From the NCBI GenBank assembly GCA_965198235.1, contig OZ240248.1, positions 4,512,001-4,576,000 of the forward strand: a stretch of 64,000 nt of DNA, read 5' to 3'. Positions 20,501 through 30,701 of this stretch are shown in pieces. Made by a program: the position numbers and the translations under genes. The stretch is from Candidatus Poribacteria bacterium (lineage in GTDB: Bacteria > Poribacteria > WGA-4E > WGA-3G). The notes beneath the pieces are model-generated. The model did no database searches. It was not told the DNA's origin and saw nothing but the letters and a program-made list of their open reading frames with translations. Position 1 is the first letter of the stretch; the number at the start of each line of letters is the position of its first letter.

Positions 20501-20643
20501 AAATGAAGCTCCTTCATTTTTTAGGTAAAAGACACTATTATCTAAATCAGGACTTACATAAATTGAATTATAAATGGAATAGGCGCGGTTTCAAACCGCG
20601 CCATCTGCGAAAAGCATATTCAGCACTCTTTCACGAGATAGGT

Positions 20644-23307
20644 TTAGAAACTGTATCCGACTTTGGCGTACCAGAACGCGCCATCAAACCCAAACGGACT
20701 GAACTGCCCGTATTTGTTGCCAATAGTATCAGCAGCATTCGGATTTTCATCGGGATAGGTATTCAGGATGTTTCTCCCACCGAGGGTGAGAGCCACTCCG
20801 GACCCCACAGCGTAAGTGGTTTCCAAGTCGAAAATAACCTTGAGGGTATACGTTTGGTCATCCTCAGAGTCATACCAATTGCTGAAATAACTGGCGCGCC
20901 CGAGCACTCCCCACGCATCCGTTATAGATTGAACGACAGTCGCGCTGGCGCGGTGTTCGGGTAAGTTTTCTTCCAATTCCTTGATCCGCAGATCGTCCAG
21001 CGTTTGCGGATTGTGATCGGTAACCGTGGTTGACGTGAAGTTATACACAGCGATGACCCTTCCGTTGGGTATTGGTGCCGTAACGACAACGTCAATTCCT
21101 TGGGTTGTGGTATCGAAGTCATTGGTAAAGAACCGGAATTCCTCCAGATTCGCAGCACTGGTTACACCTGCGGCGATGAGCTGTACCTTCTGGGAGTCAG
21201 TCAGTGCGAAGTCTTGCGACAGAGATAACCGGTTTTTCATCCGAATATCAAAAAAGTCCATCGTGAAGTTTACGTTGAGAATATCAACGGTAAATCCACC
21301 TGTGAAGTTATTTGATGTTTCAGGGTCAAGCGAGTTATCTTCCTTGCCTGTCACAACACCAACAGCAGGGTTGGTGGAAGGAATCGTTCCGTTATTGACG
21401 AGGTCATTCTTCTCAAAATTGAATTCAGTGGTGATGTTGAACGCATTTTGCTGCCCGGGTGTCGGTGCCCGGAACCCGCTACTATAACTTCCCCGCAACC
21501 GCATCGTTTCCGTAATCTTGTAGTTTGCAGCGGCTTTGTAGTTCAGGGTGCTACCGAAGTCTTCAAAGTTTTCACCGCGCACGGCAAGAGCAATCAGCAG
21601 CGGATCAATCGGTCTGATTTCACTTTCCAGATAGGCAGCAACGTTGTAGCGGTGCCACGTGCCTGCGGCAACCGGGCTGAACCCTGAAAACCCGTTGGAG
21701 GCAGCAGTGAAGCCTTGAACCGCGAGGGGCCCGATCTGATGCGAATCGAGTTCCCCCTCTATGATTTCAAACCCTTCGTTCCGATATTCTAAGCCAGAAG
21801 CGAGGAACACCATGTCGTGCAATGGATACGTTACATCAAAGTTGAGGTTATAATCCGTCTGAATGTAGTCACCCGGATCAAAATACGTCGGTGTATCTGG
21901 TCCGAGGGAAGCATTGACGGTGTTGAAGATAAAGAAATCGGCATGGTGCCGTCCAAAAGAGCCACTCAGATCCCACGTTAAGTCCTTACCCAATGTGTCT
22001 CCGAGTGCGGTGCCCTTAACGCCCAAGACGATGGAACTATCCCAGGCGAACGCGCCAAATCTGGGTGTGAAGCCCCCTGGGAACATCTCCTGGAATGTGA
22101 ATAGATTCGGGTCACCCTTGACGGCTTGCAACCGTTCGGGATCAGGAACGTGGTTGGTTATGGGGATATCGTCAGCATCGTGAGGCGACAGTTCGGTAAA
22201 CTCCTGCCCGGCAGTCTCCGCTGCCTGCTTTCGGGCTTCCCAAGCCGCCATTTCCGCTGTCAAACCCCGCAAATCCCCGACGAGCAACGTCTTCCCACCG
22301 GTCTTGCTAAACACGCCACTGCGAGTATTTGGGTTTCGGAAATAGAATCCGCCTTCAACCCGTTTGCGAGCGTAGTTAGCATGTCCATAGAAGTCGATGG
22401 TATCTGTGAGGGTAGCACCGTAGTTGGCGAAGAATTTGAGGTCATTCTCTATAATTGGCTGTCCCCAAATTTGCACGGGGTCTTTCACCCTGAAATTGCC
22501 TGCGTTAACCAAGTTTAACGCATCAGTGCGTTGGACAGAGCGGACGGTGGGATCTGCGCCACCATATTCAAAGCTGAGGCTACTCCACGCGTCTGGATTC
22601 CCTAAACCGATATTCCCTGCGACAGCAAACTGTCGACCGTCGCCGTATTGGTAGATACCGGGTTTGAATTCAAACGAACCGCCTTCGTAATTGTCTTTCA
22701 ATTGAAAATTCATCACACCAGCAATGGCATCAGAACCGTATTGTGCGGATGCACCATCTCGTAGCACTTCAACCTGTTTGAGTGCGATTGACGGAATAGG
22801 CGACAGATCAGGTCCCTGTGAGCCATCAGACAAACCATTCCCGAGCCAGTGAATCACGGAGGCACGGTGTCGCCGCTTGTTATTGACCAGCACGAGTGTA
22901 TGGTCTGGGGCAAGTCCGCGTAAATTCGCCGGACGTACCACTGTTGACGCATCGCTAATCGGCTGCGTATTGATGTTATAAGATGGCACCAAAGATCTCA
23001 GCAAATCTGGTAGGTCTGCGCCGCCCTGCTTCGCAAAGGACTCGCTTGACACAATATCGATCGGTACTGCTGAATCCAAGACGGAGCGCGGTTGCGCACG
23101 GGTCCCCACCACAACAAGACTCTCAAGCCTCACAGGACCACCAGTCTGAGACGCTTCATCAGACGCTTCAGCCTCGTCCGTGGACGCTGCTTCCTCCGCA
23201 TCACTGGCTTCTTCTTGCGCCATAACCGTTGTAAATACGCACATCGAAATGCCAATAAAAATACTGAGCGCGAAGACGATCGGTTTGATATATTTACTGT
23301 AATACAT
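20644..23307 (-). CDS. TonB-dependent outer-membrane receptor
   Basis: Signal peptide, TonB box (ESLVVVGTR), plug motifs (LRGL.PD.TLVLVN.KRRH; VEVLRDGASAQYGSDAIAGV.N), C-terminal F. Confidence 0.93.
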   Translation of the reverse strand: MYYSKYIKPIVFALSIFIGISMCVFTTVMAQEEASDAEEAASTDEAEASDEASQTGGPVRLESLVVVGTRAQPRSVLDSAVPIDIVSSESFAKQGGADLPDLLRSLVPSYNINTQPISDASTVVRPANLRGLAPDHTLVLVNNKRRHRASVIHWLGNGLSDGSQGPDLSPIPSIALKQVEVLRDGASAQYGSDAIAGVMNFQLKDNYEGGSFEFKPGIYQYGDGRQFAVAGNIGLGNPDAWSSLSFEYGGADPTVRSVQRTDALNLVNAGNFRVKDPVQIWGQPIIENDLKFFANYGATLTDTIDFYGHANYARKRVEGGFYFRNPNTRSGVFSKTGGKTLLVGDLRGLTAEMAAWEARKQAAETAGQEFTELSPHDADDIPITNHVPDPERLQAVKGDPNLFTFQEMFPGGFTPRFGAFAWDSSIVLGVKGTALGDTLGKDLTWDLSGSFGRHHADFFIFNTVNASLGPDTPTYFDPGDYIQTDYNLNFDVTYPLHDMVFLASGLEYRNEGFEIIEGELDSHQIGPLAVQGFTAASNGFSGFSPVAAGTWHRYNVAAYLESEIRPIDPLLIALAVRGENFEDFGSTLNYKAAANYKITETMRLRGSYSSGFRAPTPGQQNAFNITTEFNFEKNDLVNNGTIPSTNPAVGVVTGKEDNSLDPETSNNFTGGFTVDILNVNFTMDFFDIRMKNRLSLSQDFALTDSQKVQLIAAGVTSAANLEEFRFFTNDFDTTTQGIDVVVTAPIPNGRVIAVYNFTSTTVTDHNPQTLDDLRIKELEENLPEHRASATVVQSITDAWGVLGRASYFSNWYDSEDDQTYTLKVIFDLETTYAVGSGVALTLGGRNILNTYPDENPNAADTIGNKYGQFSPFGFDGAFWYAKVGYSF

Positions 23308-23364
23308 ATAATTTTCCTCTTCAACTTGACATAAACGTCAAATCTTGAAAACTACTATCTATAA

Positions 23365-23486
23365 CAGGACTTACGCATTTCCTCTTAAAGTCCCCCTGAT
23401 AAGGGGGATTTAGGGGGTTAAAAACACTGAAATTGCCACTTTTTGCGTGAGAATGCCCTATATTTGCTCAATTTGCGTAAGTCCTA
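23365..23486. mobile_element. 122-bp MITE with CAGGACTTACGCA/TGCGTAAGTCCTA TIRs and 5-bp TSD (TATAA)
   Basis: TIRs at 23365-23377 and 23474-23486; TATAA at 23360-23364 and 23487-23491; internal ccccctgataagggg palindrome. Confidence 0.85.
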
Positions 23487-23937
23487 TATAAAATAAAATA
23501 CGAAACGTAGTTAACACCCCACGCTTCCCCTCATAAGATGTCCTACAATTAACGTGTATTCAAATTAAGAATTTAGCGCACCAAGAGGCTAATTAGGTTG
23601 CTACCTCCTACACAAGCAGTGTTATAATAACACAATCTGTTCTATTTTCTATATCGGATTCACGTTAAATGTAGCATTTGTAACATTACAATCTTAATAA
23701 TATATAATACCACAAAATTTCTCTATAGTCAAGTCTCTAAGCATAGAGAAGTTAGTATTAACAAGGGCTTAGAAGATTACCATAATTAGTGCATTAGTGC
23801 CAAACCATTGAGACATAAATTCATTTTGACTTAATATGGTTTTTTAGCAATATTAACCGCGTTTTTCATCTGTTTCCGCTCTACGAAAAAACGGAGAGCC
23901 TCACCTAAAACACTATACTCCCGTAGAAAATTTAAAC

Positions 23938-23966
23938 TTGACAATAAATTTGTATTGGTATATACT
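23938..23966 (+). promoter_or_regulatory. Sigma70-type promoter
   Basis: TTGACA-17-TATACT upstream of 24071. Confidence 0.7.
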
Positions 23967-24070
23967 TAATAGCACGCTAAACTTGATGTTATACGGTGTT
24001 TGGAATATAAAGAAACCGTCAAAAAAATCACCAAACAGCTACCTTAATCTTAATAACGAAAAATACCACC

Positions 24071-25309
24071 ATGGCAAAAAAAAAGGGACGCCGCTCCGTA
24101 AATGTGGCACGGAAGCGCGAAAAACGAAATCGCGACCGGAAATTTAGACAAAAACAGCTTGCTATCGAAAAGCAACGTAGACTCCCTTATGAAAAGTCAG
24201 AAGAAGAGCATTTGCACGCCTGTATCTCACAGAGTCGAAAACTTCTTGATGAACCTGAACTTGAAGGGGTGCTTTTCGATTTTGAGCTGATGTATACACA
24301 GGTGACGGAAGTCCTCGATAATTACCAAGCAGATAAAACAGATACAGAAGAATCTGAAGAAGACCTCACCTACCTAACTGATGTAGCGGACGAAGTAGCA
24401 GCGAGTGAAGAGGAACTAAATTTTTTACCGGAAGCCGAACGGGCATGCGAACACTTTCGGTTAGAAGTGCTCCCACACCTCGTTACACCAGACTTCATGC
24501 AACAATTAGTGCAAGCACTCACGGCGTGTGAAAAACGTCTTAAACTAACAGGTAATCGAGAATTCGCAGAGGTCGCTTTTGTCACCCGATCGCTTTTTGA
24601 AGCCGCTCCACAGGAAATACTGGTGTTTCACCCGATGATCCAAACTATCGGTATTGAAACCCTACGGATACTTGTGGAAGAACCGGATATGATTATTGAC
24701 AGGCATGAAGAGGTCAAAGAAATTCTTTCTAACGTTCTGGAATACAAAGACTCAGAAGCGTATGAATCTCAACCGATTTCCGTCTTTTCAGATACCGGAC
24801 AAAACCCGGAACGCCACGAGGAAGAGGACTCCGAATCTGCCTTAACAGCACCAACTTCACTGGATTTGGACCTGGTAAACCCTGAAGTAACCGATATGAA
24901 ACAGGCTTTGTCCTCTCTTGGGAAGGATCCTGCTCGGCTTCCATATCCAGCCGATCTCTCTGACACACCTACCCCAGAGATAACAATACCGACAGTGTCA
25001 CCCGACGAACTTCCTGCTCGAGCACTTTATAAAAACTTCAACGGCTTGGCAATAAAAGAAAGTTTCGAGGGACGGACAGACAACGCGTCCGTACAAGAGG
25101 GATTCACTAACTACGTTTTGGTGAATGAAAGCAAAGAGCAGGTTGAATTTGTTGATGTGGAAAACGAACGCTACATCACAGTTACCGAAGATCGACTGCA
25201 GTTACACGCGCGCTCAGAAGCAGAACTTACTATTGCAATGGCAGAGGTAGAAGCACAGTGTACATCGGCGGTCATGTACCTCGCCAAAACAATCGAAGAA
25301 AGGGGGTAA
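24071..25309 (+). CDS. Hypothetical protein (basic N-terminus, acidic body)
   Basis: 412-aa ORF with a good promoter; no family recognised. Confidence 0.75.
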   Translation: MAKKKGRRSVNVARKREKRNRDRKFRQKQLAIEKQRRLPYEKSEEEHLHACISQSRKLLDEPELEGVLFDFELMYTQVTEVLDNYQADKTDTEESEEDLTYLTDVADEVAASEEELNFLPEAERACEHFRLEVLPHLVTPDFMQQLVQALTACEKRLKLTGNREFAEVAFVTRSLFEAAPQEILVFHPMIQTIGIETLRILVEEPDMIIDRHEEVKEILSNVLEYKDSEAYESQPISVFSDTGQNPERHEEEDSESALTAPTSLDLDLVNPEVTDMKQALSSLGKDPARLPYPADLSDTPTPEITIPTVSPDELPARALYKNFNGLAIKESFEGRTDNASVQEGFTNYVLVNESKEQVEFVDVENERYITVTEDRLQLHARSEAELTIAMAEVEAQCTSAVMYLAKTIEERG

Positions 25310-25313
25310 TATT

Positions 25314-25433
25314 ATGCCACGAAGTAAAAGCGGACAGGTCCGACGTAGGACGCAAATCCGCCAACGCCAACAACGGCGACTGAAAAGAAAGAAAGAAACA
25401 CTGAAAGAACTATTACAGAACAGCGGCACTTAA
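25314..25433 (+). CDS. Small basic protein (39 aa), below the ORF-track cutoff
   Basis: MPRSKSGQVRRRTQIRQRQQRRLKRKKETLKELLQNSGT; SD-like aggggg upstream; ATG 4 nt after the previous stop; hairpin at ~25453-25472. Confidence 0.6.
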   Translation: MPRSKSGQVRRRTQIRQRQQRRLKRKKETLKELLQNSGT

Positions 25434-25471
25434 TATACCACATTTTGATAGCGGCGGGTTGCTGTACCCGC

Positions 25472-26242
25472 CTACTCTCTCTTTTCAAAGTGAACGAACT
25501 CTGATGGCTGTAACCGGACGGAGTCCCCACTCCTCTCTTCAATATATCCCATCCTGAGCAGCGTGATCACTTCATGAGAAGTAGGAATATTGAAAAGTTG
25601 TCGCACCCGTTCACGATCCATGGAGCACTCCAAAGGGGCACTGACAAACTGTACACCGATGTCCAAAGCAGTTGCAGCGAGAAGCACATTCTGAATTAAC
25701 ATCCCCATGCTCAACCACATCCACCGCGTTCCTCCGTCCCCAGGCGGGTATCTCTTGCAATTCATCGTAATCAGCATGAGTAGCGGTGCTTCGCGAACCT
25801 GTGCCGCGATCTCTTTAGCGGGTATCTTCCCTGCCCCTAAATGTCCCAATAGTGTGAACGCCTTCGCGTTTTTCAACATCCCTTCCAATAACTTGTCCGG
25901 CGCGTCCTGAAGCAATTTCGGCAGCGTAACGTGGTCAGCAAGTAGCACGCCATCACCTAACGCCTTCAGGTCCTTCTCCGTGAGACGCATCCAACGGCTG
26001 TTGTCATCAAGAAACTTGGCATCTTTGAATTGTTCAACGATAGCGCGCTCTGTTACCTCAGCGAGTGCTGCCTTACCTTCTGCTTCCTGAATGAGTACAA
26101 GCTCCCAAGGTTGGACATTGAACGGTGATGGAGTCCATCGCGCAGCCTCAATAAGTTTTTCAAGGTCTGTTGTATCAATTGCGCGGTTTTGAAACGTACC
26201 GCGATGGCTACGTCGCTGTGTTATTGCGTCAAAAACGTTCAT
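25472..26242 (-). CDS. Nitroreductase family protein
   Basis: AI.QRRS.R, AARWTPS.FNVQPW and G..IQN.LLAA motifs. Confidence 0.88.
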   Translation of the reverse strand: MNVFDAITQRRSHRGTFQNRAIDTTDLEKLIEAARWTPSPFNVQPWELVLIQEAEGKAALAEVTERAIVEQFKDAKFLDDNSRWMRLTEKDLKALGDGVLLADHVTLPKLLQDAPDKLLEGMLKNAKAFTLLGHLGAGKIPAKEIAAQVREAPLLMLITMNCKRYPPGDGGTRWMWLSMGMLIQNVLLAATALDIGVQFVSAPLECSMDRERVRQLFNIPTSHEVITLLRMGYIEERSGDSVRLQPSEFVHFEKRE

Positions 26243-27315
26243 AGATTCACGTAGTCCCGATGCCGTTGTAGGATTTCCGCGGGTGATGCTGTACCAGTCG
26301 TGCCGATTTTGGTGACAGTAATTGAAGCCACCAAATTGCCAACATAAGCCGCCTCAACAGATGCTTCCGCTTGTGAAGTGTGTAGGCTACAGAGCGTTGC
26401 AACAAGTCCCGCCGAAACACTGTCCCCCGCTCCAACAGGATCAATCTCATCATTAATCGAGATACCGGGGATGCGTGTAAACTCACCCTCACTATAGACG
26501 AGAACACCGTTTTCGCCGAGGGTGATATAGACCGTCCTTTGGGTTTGTTCTGCGAGTGCAACCGCGTACCGCCTTGCTTCTTCAATGCCAACCTCTTGTC
26601 CATTCCACTCTGGCTGAACAGCACGTTTCGCTTCAAATCGGTTCGGTTTAATGATAACGTTTCGGTACTTGCCAATCCGCGTGCGGGAGTCCGCGAAAAA
26701 GATTTTATCAGGAAACGCCAATCCCAACTCGCATAATTCTTCTCTCACTCGGTTGGTGACAACGCCTAAGTTCTCAATCGGCATCTGATCGCCGACAATT
26801 ACACCATCAACGAGCGGTATACACTCTCGCAGGGTATCAATCACAGCAGTTTCAACCGCCTCATCCATCGGCGATTGATTCTCAATATCGAACCGCGGTC
26901 CCTCCGTCTCCACGCCCTCATAGCCACGATGAATAGGTTTAAGATAGGTAGGCGTTACCCATTCCGGTACCTGTATCATAAAATCCGTCAGGCACCCGTT
27001 CGTCTGTAGACAATCCAGCAGCGTCCCACCGAACCCGTCTTCACCAATAACGCCTAACGTATAGACCGCGCCTACGCCTAACGCTTTCAGATTATTTGTG
27101 ACAGTCCCAGCCGCGCCAGGGCTATAGCGTTGTTCAACAACCGGATTCGTATGCCACGGTGTTTCCAACGATAGCGTTGAACGGGTCTTATCTATATACC
27201 AGTAGGCATCAAGGTAAAAATCGCCAACAACGAGAATACGCTGGTTTTGAAATTGATTGAGAATTGTCTCCAGGCGCGCTTCGCTAATCAACGTCTTCCT
27301 CCGGTGCCTCAACAT
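26239..27315 (-). CDS. PfkB-family sugar kinase (HldE/RfaE domain I-like)
   Basis: LVVGD..LD.Y, PGAAG.V..NL, KPN..E, ITLGENG and DPVGAGD motifs. Start may be TTG at 27291. Confidence 0.85.
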   Translation of the reverse strand: MLRHRRKTLISEARLETILNQFQNQRILVVGDFYLDAYWYIDKTRSTLSLETPWHTNPVVEQRYSPGAAGTVTNNLKALGVGAVYTLGVIGEDGFGGTLLDCLQTNGCLTDFMIQVPEWVTPTYLKPIHRGYEGVETEGPRFDIENQSPMDEAVETAVIDTLRECIPLVDGVIVGDQMPIENLGVVTNRVREELCELGLAFPDKIFFADSRTRIGKYRNVIIKPNRFEAKRAVQPEWNGQEVGIEEARRYAVALAEQTQRTVYITLGENGVLVYSEGEFTRIPGISINDEIDPVGAGDSVSAGLVATLCSLHTSQAEASVEAAYVGNLVASITVTKIGTTGTASPAEILQRHRDYVNL

Positions 27316-27537
27316 ACGCTGTAACGTAGATAACCATTATACCATATCCCAACTTTTTGCGGAAACACCAAATTCTCTCATTTCTCAATATACCGCGCAG
27401 TTGTCAAAAGCTTACAAAGCCCGCCAATCTGCCATATCCGACAAAAAACCGGGTGTGTAAATATTTTGTCAAAGGGATAAATGGAGGGGCCAAACCGTTC
27501 CTACAAAGATATTCAGTTTTCCGCTTGGATTTCAGTC

Positions 27538-27640
27538 CTGTAAGGTTTATTTGCTTGGGTATTTCTTCACTATGTTTATAGAGACAGGCTTCCTCCTAGA
27601 CACTCAGCCCTGTAAGGGGTTTTTGCTTGGGTGTTTCTTC
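27538..27640. repeat. Two copies of the TTTGCTTGGGTRTTTCT repeat (also nested at 6195-6260)
   Basis: ctgtaaggtttatttgcttgggtatttcttc and ctgtaaggggtttttgcttgggtgtttcttc. Confidence 0.6.
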
Positions 27641-27709
27641 AGCATGTGGAGTATCCGTTTTTGACACACATCTGTTCCTTCTTTTCTAATGTCGCATGCT
27701 TGGCTTGAC

Positions 27710-27883
27710 ACATAGCACTCCGCTGGAGTGCGGTTGCGGTCGGTTCATTTTTCTATAGACATCTTGCTCCGCTGGAGCAAAGAGACGGACCCCTCATAAG
27801 TCAGGGGCTGTCCTCACGCCAGAGGCGTGATATGTCTATAGAAAATGGATGGACCCTTTACGCACTCCAGCGGAGTGCTATGT
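27710..27883. repeat. Long inverted REPIN-like element
   Basis: acatagcactccgctggagtgcg...ttttctatagacat and atgtctatagaaaa...cgcactccagcggagtgctatgt. Confidence 0.8.
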
Positions 27884-27953
27884 AAATAAACCTGTCCTTT
27901 TTGAAAAAATCAATACGCCGCCAAAAACTTTACACACCCCAAAAAACCCCAAT

Positions 27954-27982
27954 TTGCAATATCGTCCCAGATGTGGTAAAAT
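27954..27982 (+). promoter_or_regulatory. Sigma70-type promoter of leuB
   Basis: TTGCAA-17-TAAAAT with TG extension. Confidence 0.55.
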
Positions 27983-28046
27983 ATAAAGAGCCCACTTTTC
28001 TAAAGCGAGTCTTGGCTTGCAAACTATAACATCTTGGAGAAAATCT

Positions 28047-29099
28047 ATGTACAAAATCGGTCTCATCCCTGGCGATGGAATCGGCCCCGAAGTGACGCGC
28101 GAAGCAATGAAGGTCTTCGGGGCAGCAGCCGAACAAGCAGGAATTCAATACGAGACAGTCGAATACGATGTCGGCGGTGACCGGTATCTCGCAACCGGCG
28201 AAGTGTTACCGGATTCAGTTTTAGAGGAACTCCGAGGTTTAGACGCTATCTACCTCGGCGCAATAGGGCACCCCGATGTCAAACCCGGTATTTTAGAGAA
28301 AGGCATCCTGCTCAAGGTCCGGTTTGAACTCGATCTCTACATTAACCTCCGTCCCGTCAAACTTTACCCCGGTGTCCCGACACCCGTGAAAGACAAGGGA
28401 CCTGAAGAAATTGATTTCATCATCGTTCGTGAGAACACCGAAGGCTTATACGCCGGCATCGGTGGTTTCCTAAAACGTGGCACGCGTGATGAAGTTGCAA
28501 TTCAGGAAATGATTAACACCTACAAAGGCGTAGAACGCTGCGTGCGCTATGCGTACGAACTCACCAAAAAGCGCAACAGGGAAAACACTCTGACCCTCTG
28601 TGACAAGGCAAACGTCCTTACCTACGCACATGATCTGTGGCGACGTGTCTTTGACGAGGTAGGCGAAGACTATCCTGATATCAAGAAGGAATATGCCTTT
28701 GTCGATGCGACGACAATGTGGATGGTGAAAAATCCAGAGTGGTTCGATGTCATTGTGACATGTAATATGTTTGGAGACATTATCACCGACCTCGGTGCGA
28801 TGATTCAGGGAGGCATGGGTGTCGCCGCATCTGGCAATCTGAACCCAGAAAGCGTCGCCATGTTTGAACCGATTCACGGTTCCGCGCCGCGTTACACGGG
28901 CAAAAATCAGATTAACCCCATCGCGGCGATAGGCGCAGCTGGAATGATGCTCGACCATCTTGGACACGAAAAAGCGGCGGCAAAAGTAGAAAACTCTATC
29001 AGTAACCTGCTTGCAAGCGGAAAAATTAAAGATTTGGGTGCCGGCCGAATGGGCTACACCACTGAAGAAGTTGGCGACCTTGTTGCAGAAGGATTGTAA
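28047..29099 (+). CDS. leuB: 3-isopropylmalate dehydrogenase
   Basis: [39 protein letters not shown] and FEP.HGSAP motifs. Confidence 0.88.
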   Translation: MYKIGLIPGDGIGPEVTREAMKVFGAAAEQAGIQYETVEYDVGGDRYLATGEVLPDSVLEELRGLDAIYLGAIGHPDVKPGILEKGILLKVRFELDLYINLRPVKLYPGVPTPVKDKGPEEIDFIIVRENTEGLYAGIGGFLKRGTRDEVAIQEMINTYKGVERCVRYAYELTKKRNRENTLTLCDKANVLTYAHDLWRRVFDEVGEDYPDIKKEYAFVDATTMWMVKNPEWFDVIVTCNMFGDIITDLGAMIQGGMGVAASGNLNPESVAMFEPIHGSAPRYTGKNQINPIAAIGAAGMMLDHLGHEKAAAKVENSISNLLASGKIKDLGAGRMGYTTEEVGDLVAEGL

Positions 29100-29387
29100 T
29101 CATTCACAAGTAGACGCGCTTTCATGAAGATTCAGAATTTAATTCGGTAATATGGGATGGTAATTGTCTGAATCGGGATAACCCCCCTCAAGAATCAACG
29201 GTATGAATGCCGTATGGCATTCCCCGCCCCTTATCAGGGGGACAGGCTTCTTCGATCTTTACAGGATTATAGAACCTTCTGGGTTGACAACTGTCCTTTA
29301 GAGAATTCCCGAAATATTTATTGAAACTTCATCCAAGCGCGCATCCTGAAAAAATACCAACACGAAGTATTTGGATGCCTCCAATCT

Positions 29388-30146
29388 TCAGAGCAAACGT
29401 GCTGTAAAATTAATCCGATCTGAATAGCGGTTCCAACGATTGAAGGTGTACATGTCGTAAGCACTCAATGGCTTGTAGCCAGTGCTCTTGAGCAGATCAT
29501 TGACGGTACTGACTTCAAAGATTCGTTGCTGGTGAATCTCTTCATAACGGCGAAACAGATCGCCCTCTCGGATAAAAAAGGTTAGGATCGTTCGACACAT
29601 CTTGGAGTGGTGGAGGTAATTGTTTTTCCAAATATAGGTATAATCATCATGATTTGACGCGAACGTTTTGTTGTGAAAATGCTCAACGATGTTCCGTTCC
29701 GTCGTCACATCAAAGATAAATAAGCCGTCGGGTTCGAGATGCTCGGTGACACACTGAAAAACGTTGCTTAATTCGGTTTCATCGTAAGCATAATTAATGC
29801 TATCGTAGGTGCAGAGGACCGCGTCAAAGCGTTGGTTGAGTTGGAACTCGCGCATGTCACCGTAATGGAGTTCAATGTTTACATCGTGCGCAGCGGCTTT
29901 TTCCTTCGCAAGGTCCAGCATACCAACTGCCCGGTCGACTCCAGTCATCTCATAGCCTTTCAATGCGAGTTCTATCGTCAAAGCACAGGTGCCACATGCT
30001 AAGTCAAGAACCGTGCGTGGTTTGCAATCATATTTGTCGAAAAGCGACTCAATGTAATGGGTCCAACGCGTGTAGTTGACGTTTGTCATCATCCTATCAT
30101 AGGCGTAGGCGAATTTCTCATAAGGGGGAGTTAGCTGTGTCCGCAT
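29388..30146 (-). CDS. Class I SAM-dependent methyltransferase
   Basis: FA..YD..M, VLDLACGT, GDMR.F and DSINY motifs. Confidence 0.88.
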   Translation of the reverse strand: MRTQLTPPYEKFAYAYDRMMTNVNYTRWTHYIESLFDKYDCKPRTVLDLACGTCALTIELALKGYEMTGVDRAVGMLDLAKEKAAAHDVNIELHYGDMREFQLNQRFDAVLCTYDSINYAYDETELSNVFQCVTEHLEPDGLFIFDVTTERNIVEHFHNKTFASNHDDYTYIWKNNYLHHSKMCRTILTFFIREGDLFRRYEEIHQQRIFEVSTVNDLLKSTGYKPLSAYDMYTFNRWNRYSDRINFTARLL

Positions 30147-30180
30147 CGTTTAGGTGTCGCTTGCAAACCGATAGTGCAAG

Positions 30181-30570
30181 TTACTCGGTTCCTCCTTTAA
30201 CTCCAACAGAAGCGTTCATCATCCGAAGGAGTGTATTAATCTCATCGGCATCCCAAGATTCATCAGCGTTTGCTTCTATCGCATATCTACCAACGGCTCT
30301 GATTTTGCGGAGACTGATTTTCCCCGTAAGGAAACTAAATGGCAGTTGCATCCCAGCTGTTTTGACCCGATCAAACGTCGCTTCAATGTGATACCGATCT
30401 ACCCCTTCAGGGGCTTGTCGAATCAGTGCGTCCTTTACCATATCCGCGCCGAAACTAAATAATTCTTTGATGATAAACCATTGCAAAACTGCAAGGCACA
30501 CCGCAAGGATTAAGAGAACAGTCAAACCTTTGGCGATGTGCTGTCTCCACGTTCCTTTCTCAGCCGCCAT
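30181..30570 (-). CDS. Hypothetical membrane-anchored protein
   Basis: ATG at 30570 with SD; single N-terminal TM; promoter TTGACA-17-TAAGAT at 30611-30639. Confidence 0.65.
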   Translation of the reverse strand: MAAEKGTWRQHIAKGLTVLLILAVCLAVLQWFIIKELFSFGADMVKDALIRQAPEGVDRYHIEATFDRVKTAGMQLPFSFLTGKISLRKIRAVGRYAIEANADESWDADEINTLLRMMNASVGVKGGTE

Positions 30571-30701
30571 GTTCGATTCACCTCTGGGTTGAATTCTATG
30601 TTTAACCCTCATCTTAATACTTAAGACGGATGTTGTCAATAGATTTTTCTGTAGCACCGGCAAGGTTAGAACCTTACCTGCGAAACATATAGGGTAAAAA
30701 A

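Noticed and set aside
23310-23930. Cobalamin or other riboswitch upstream of the TBDR
   Set aside because: No B12-box or other recognisable aptamer; the region is AT-rich and contains a MITE.
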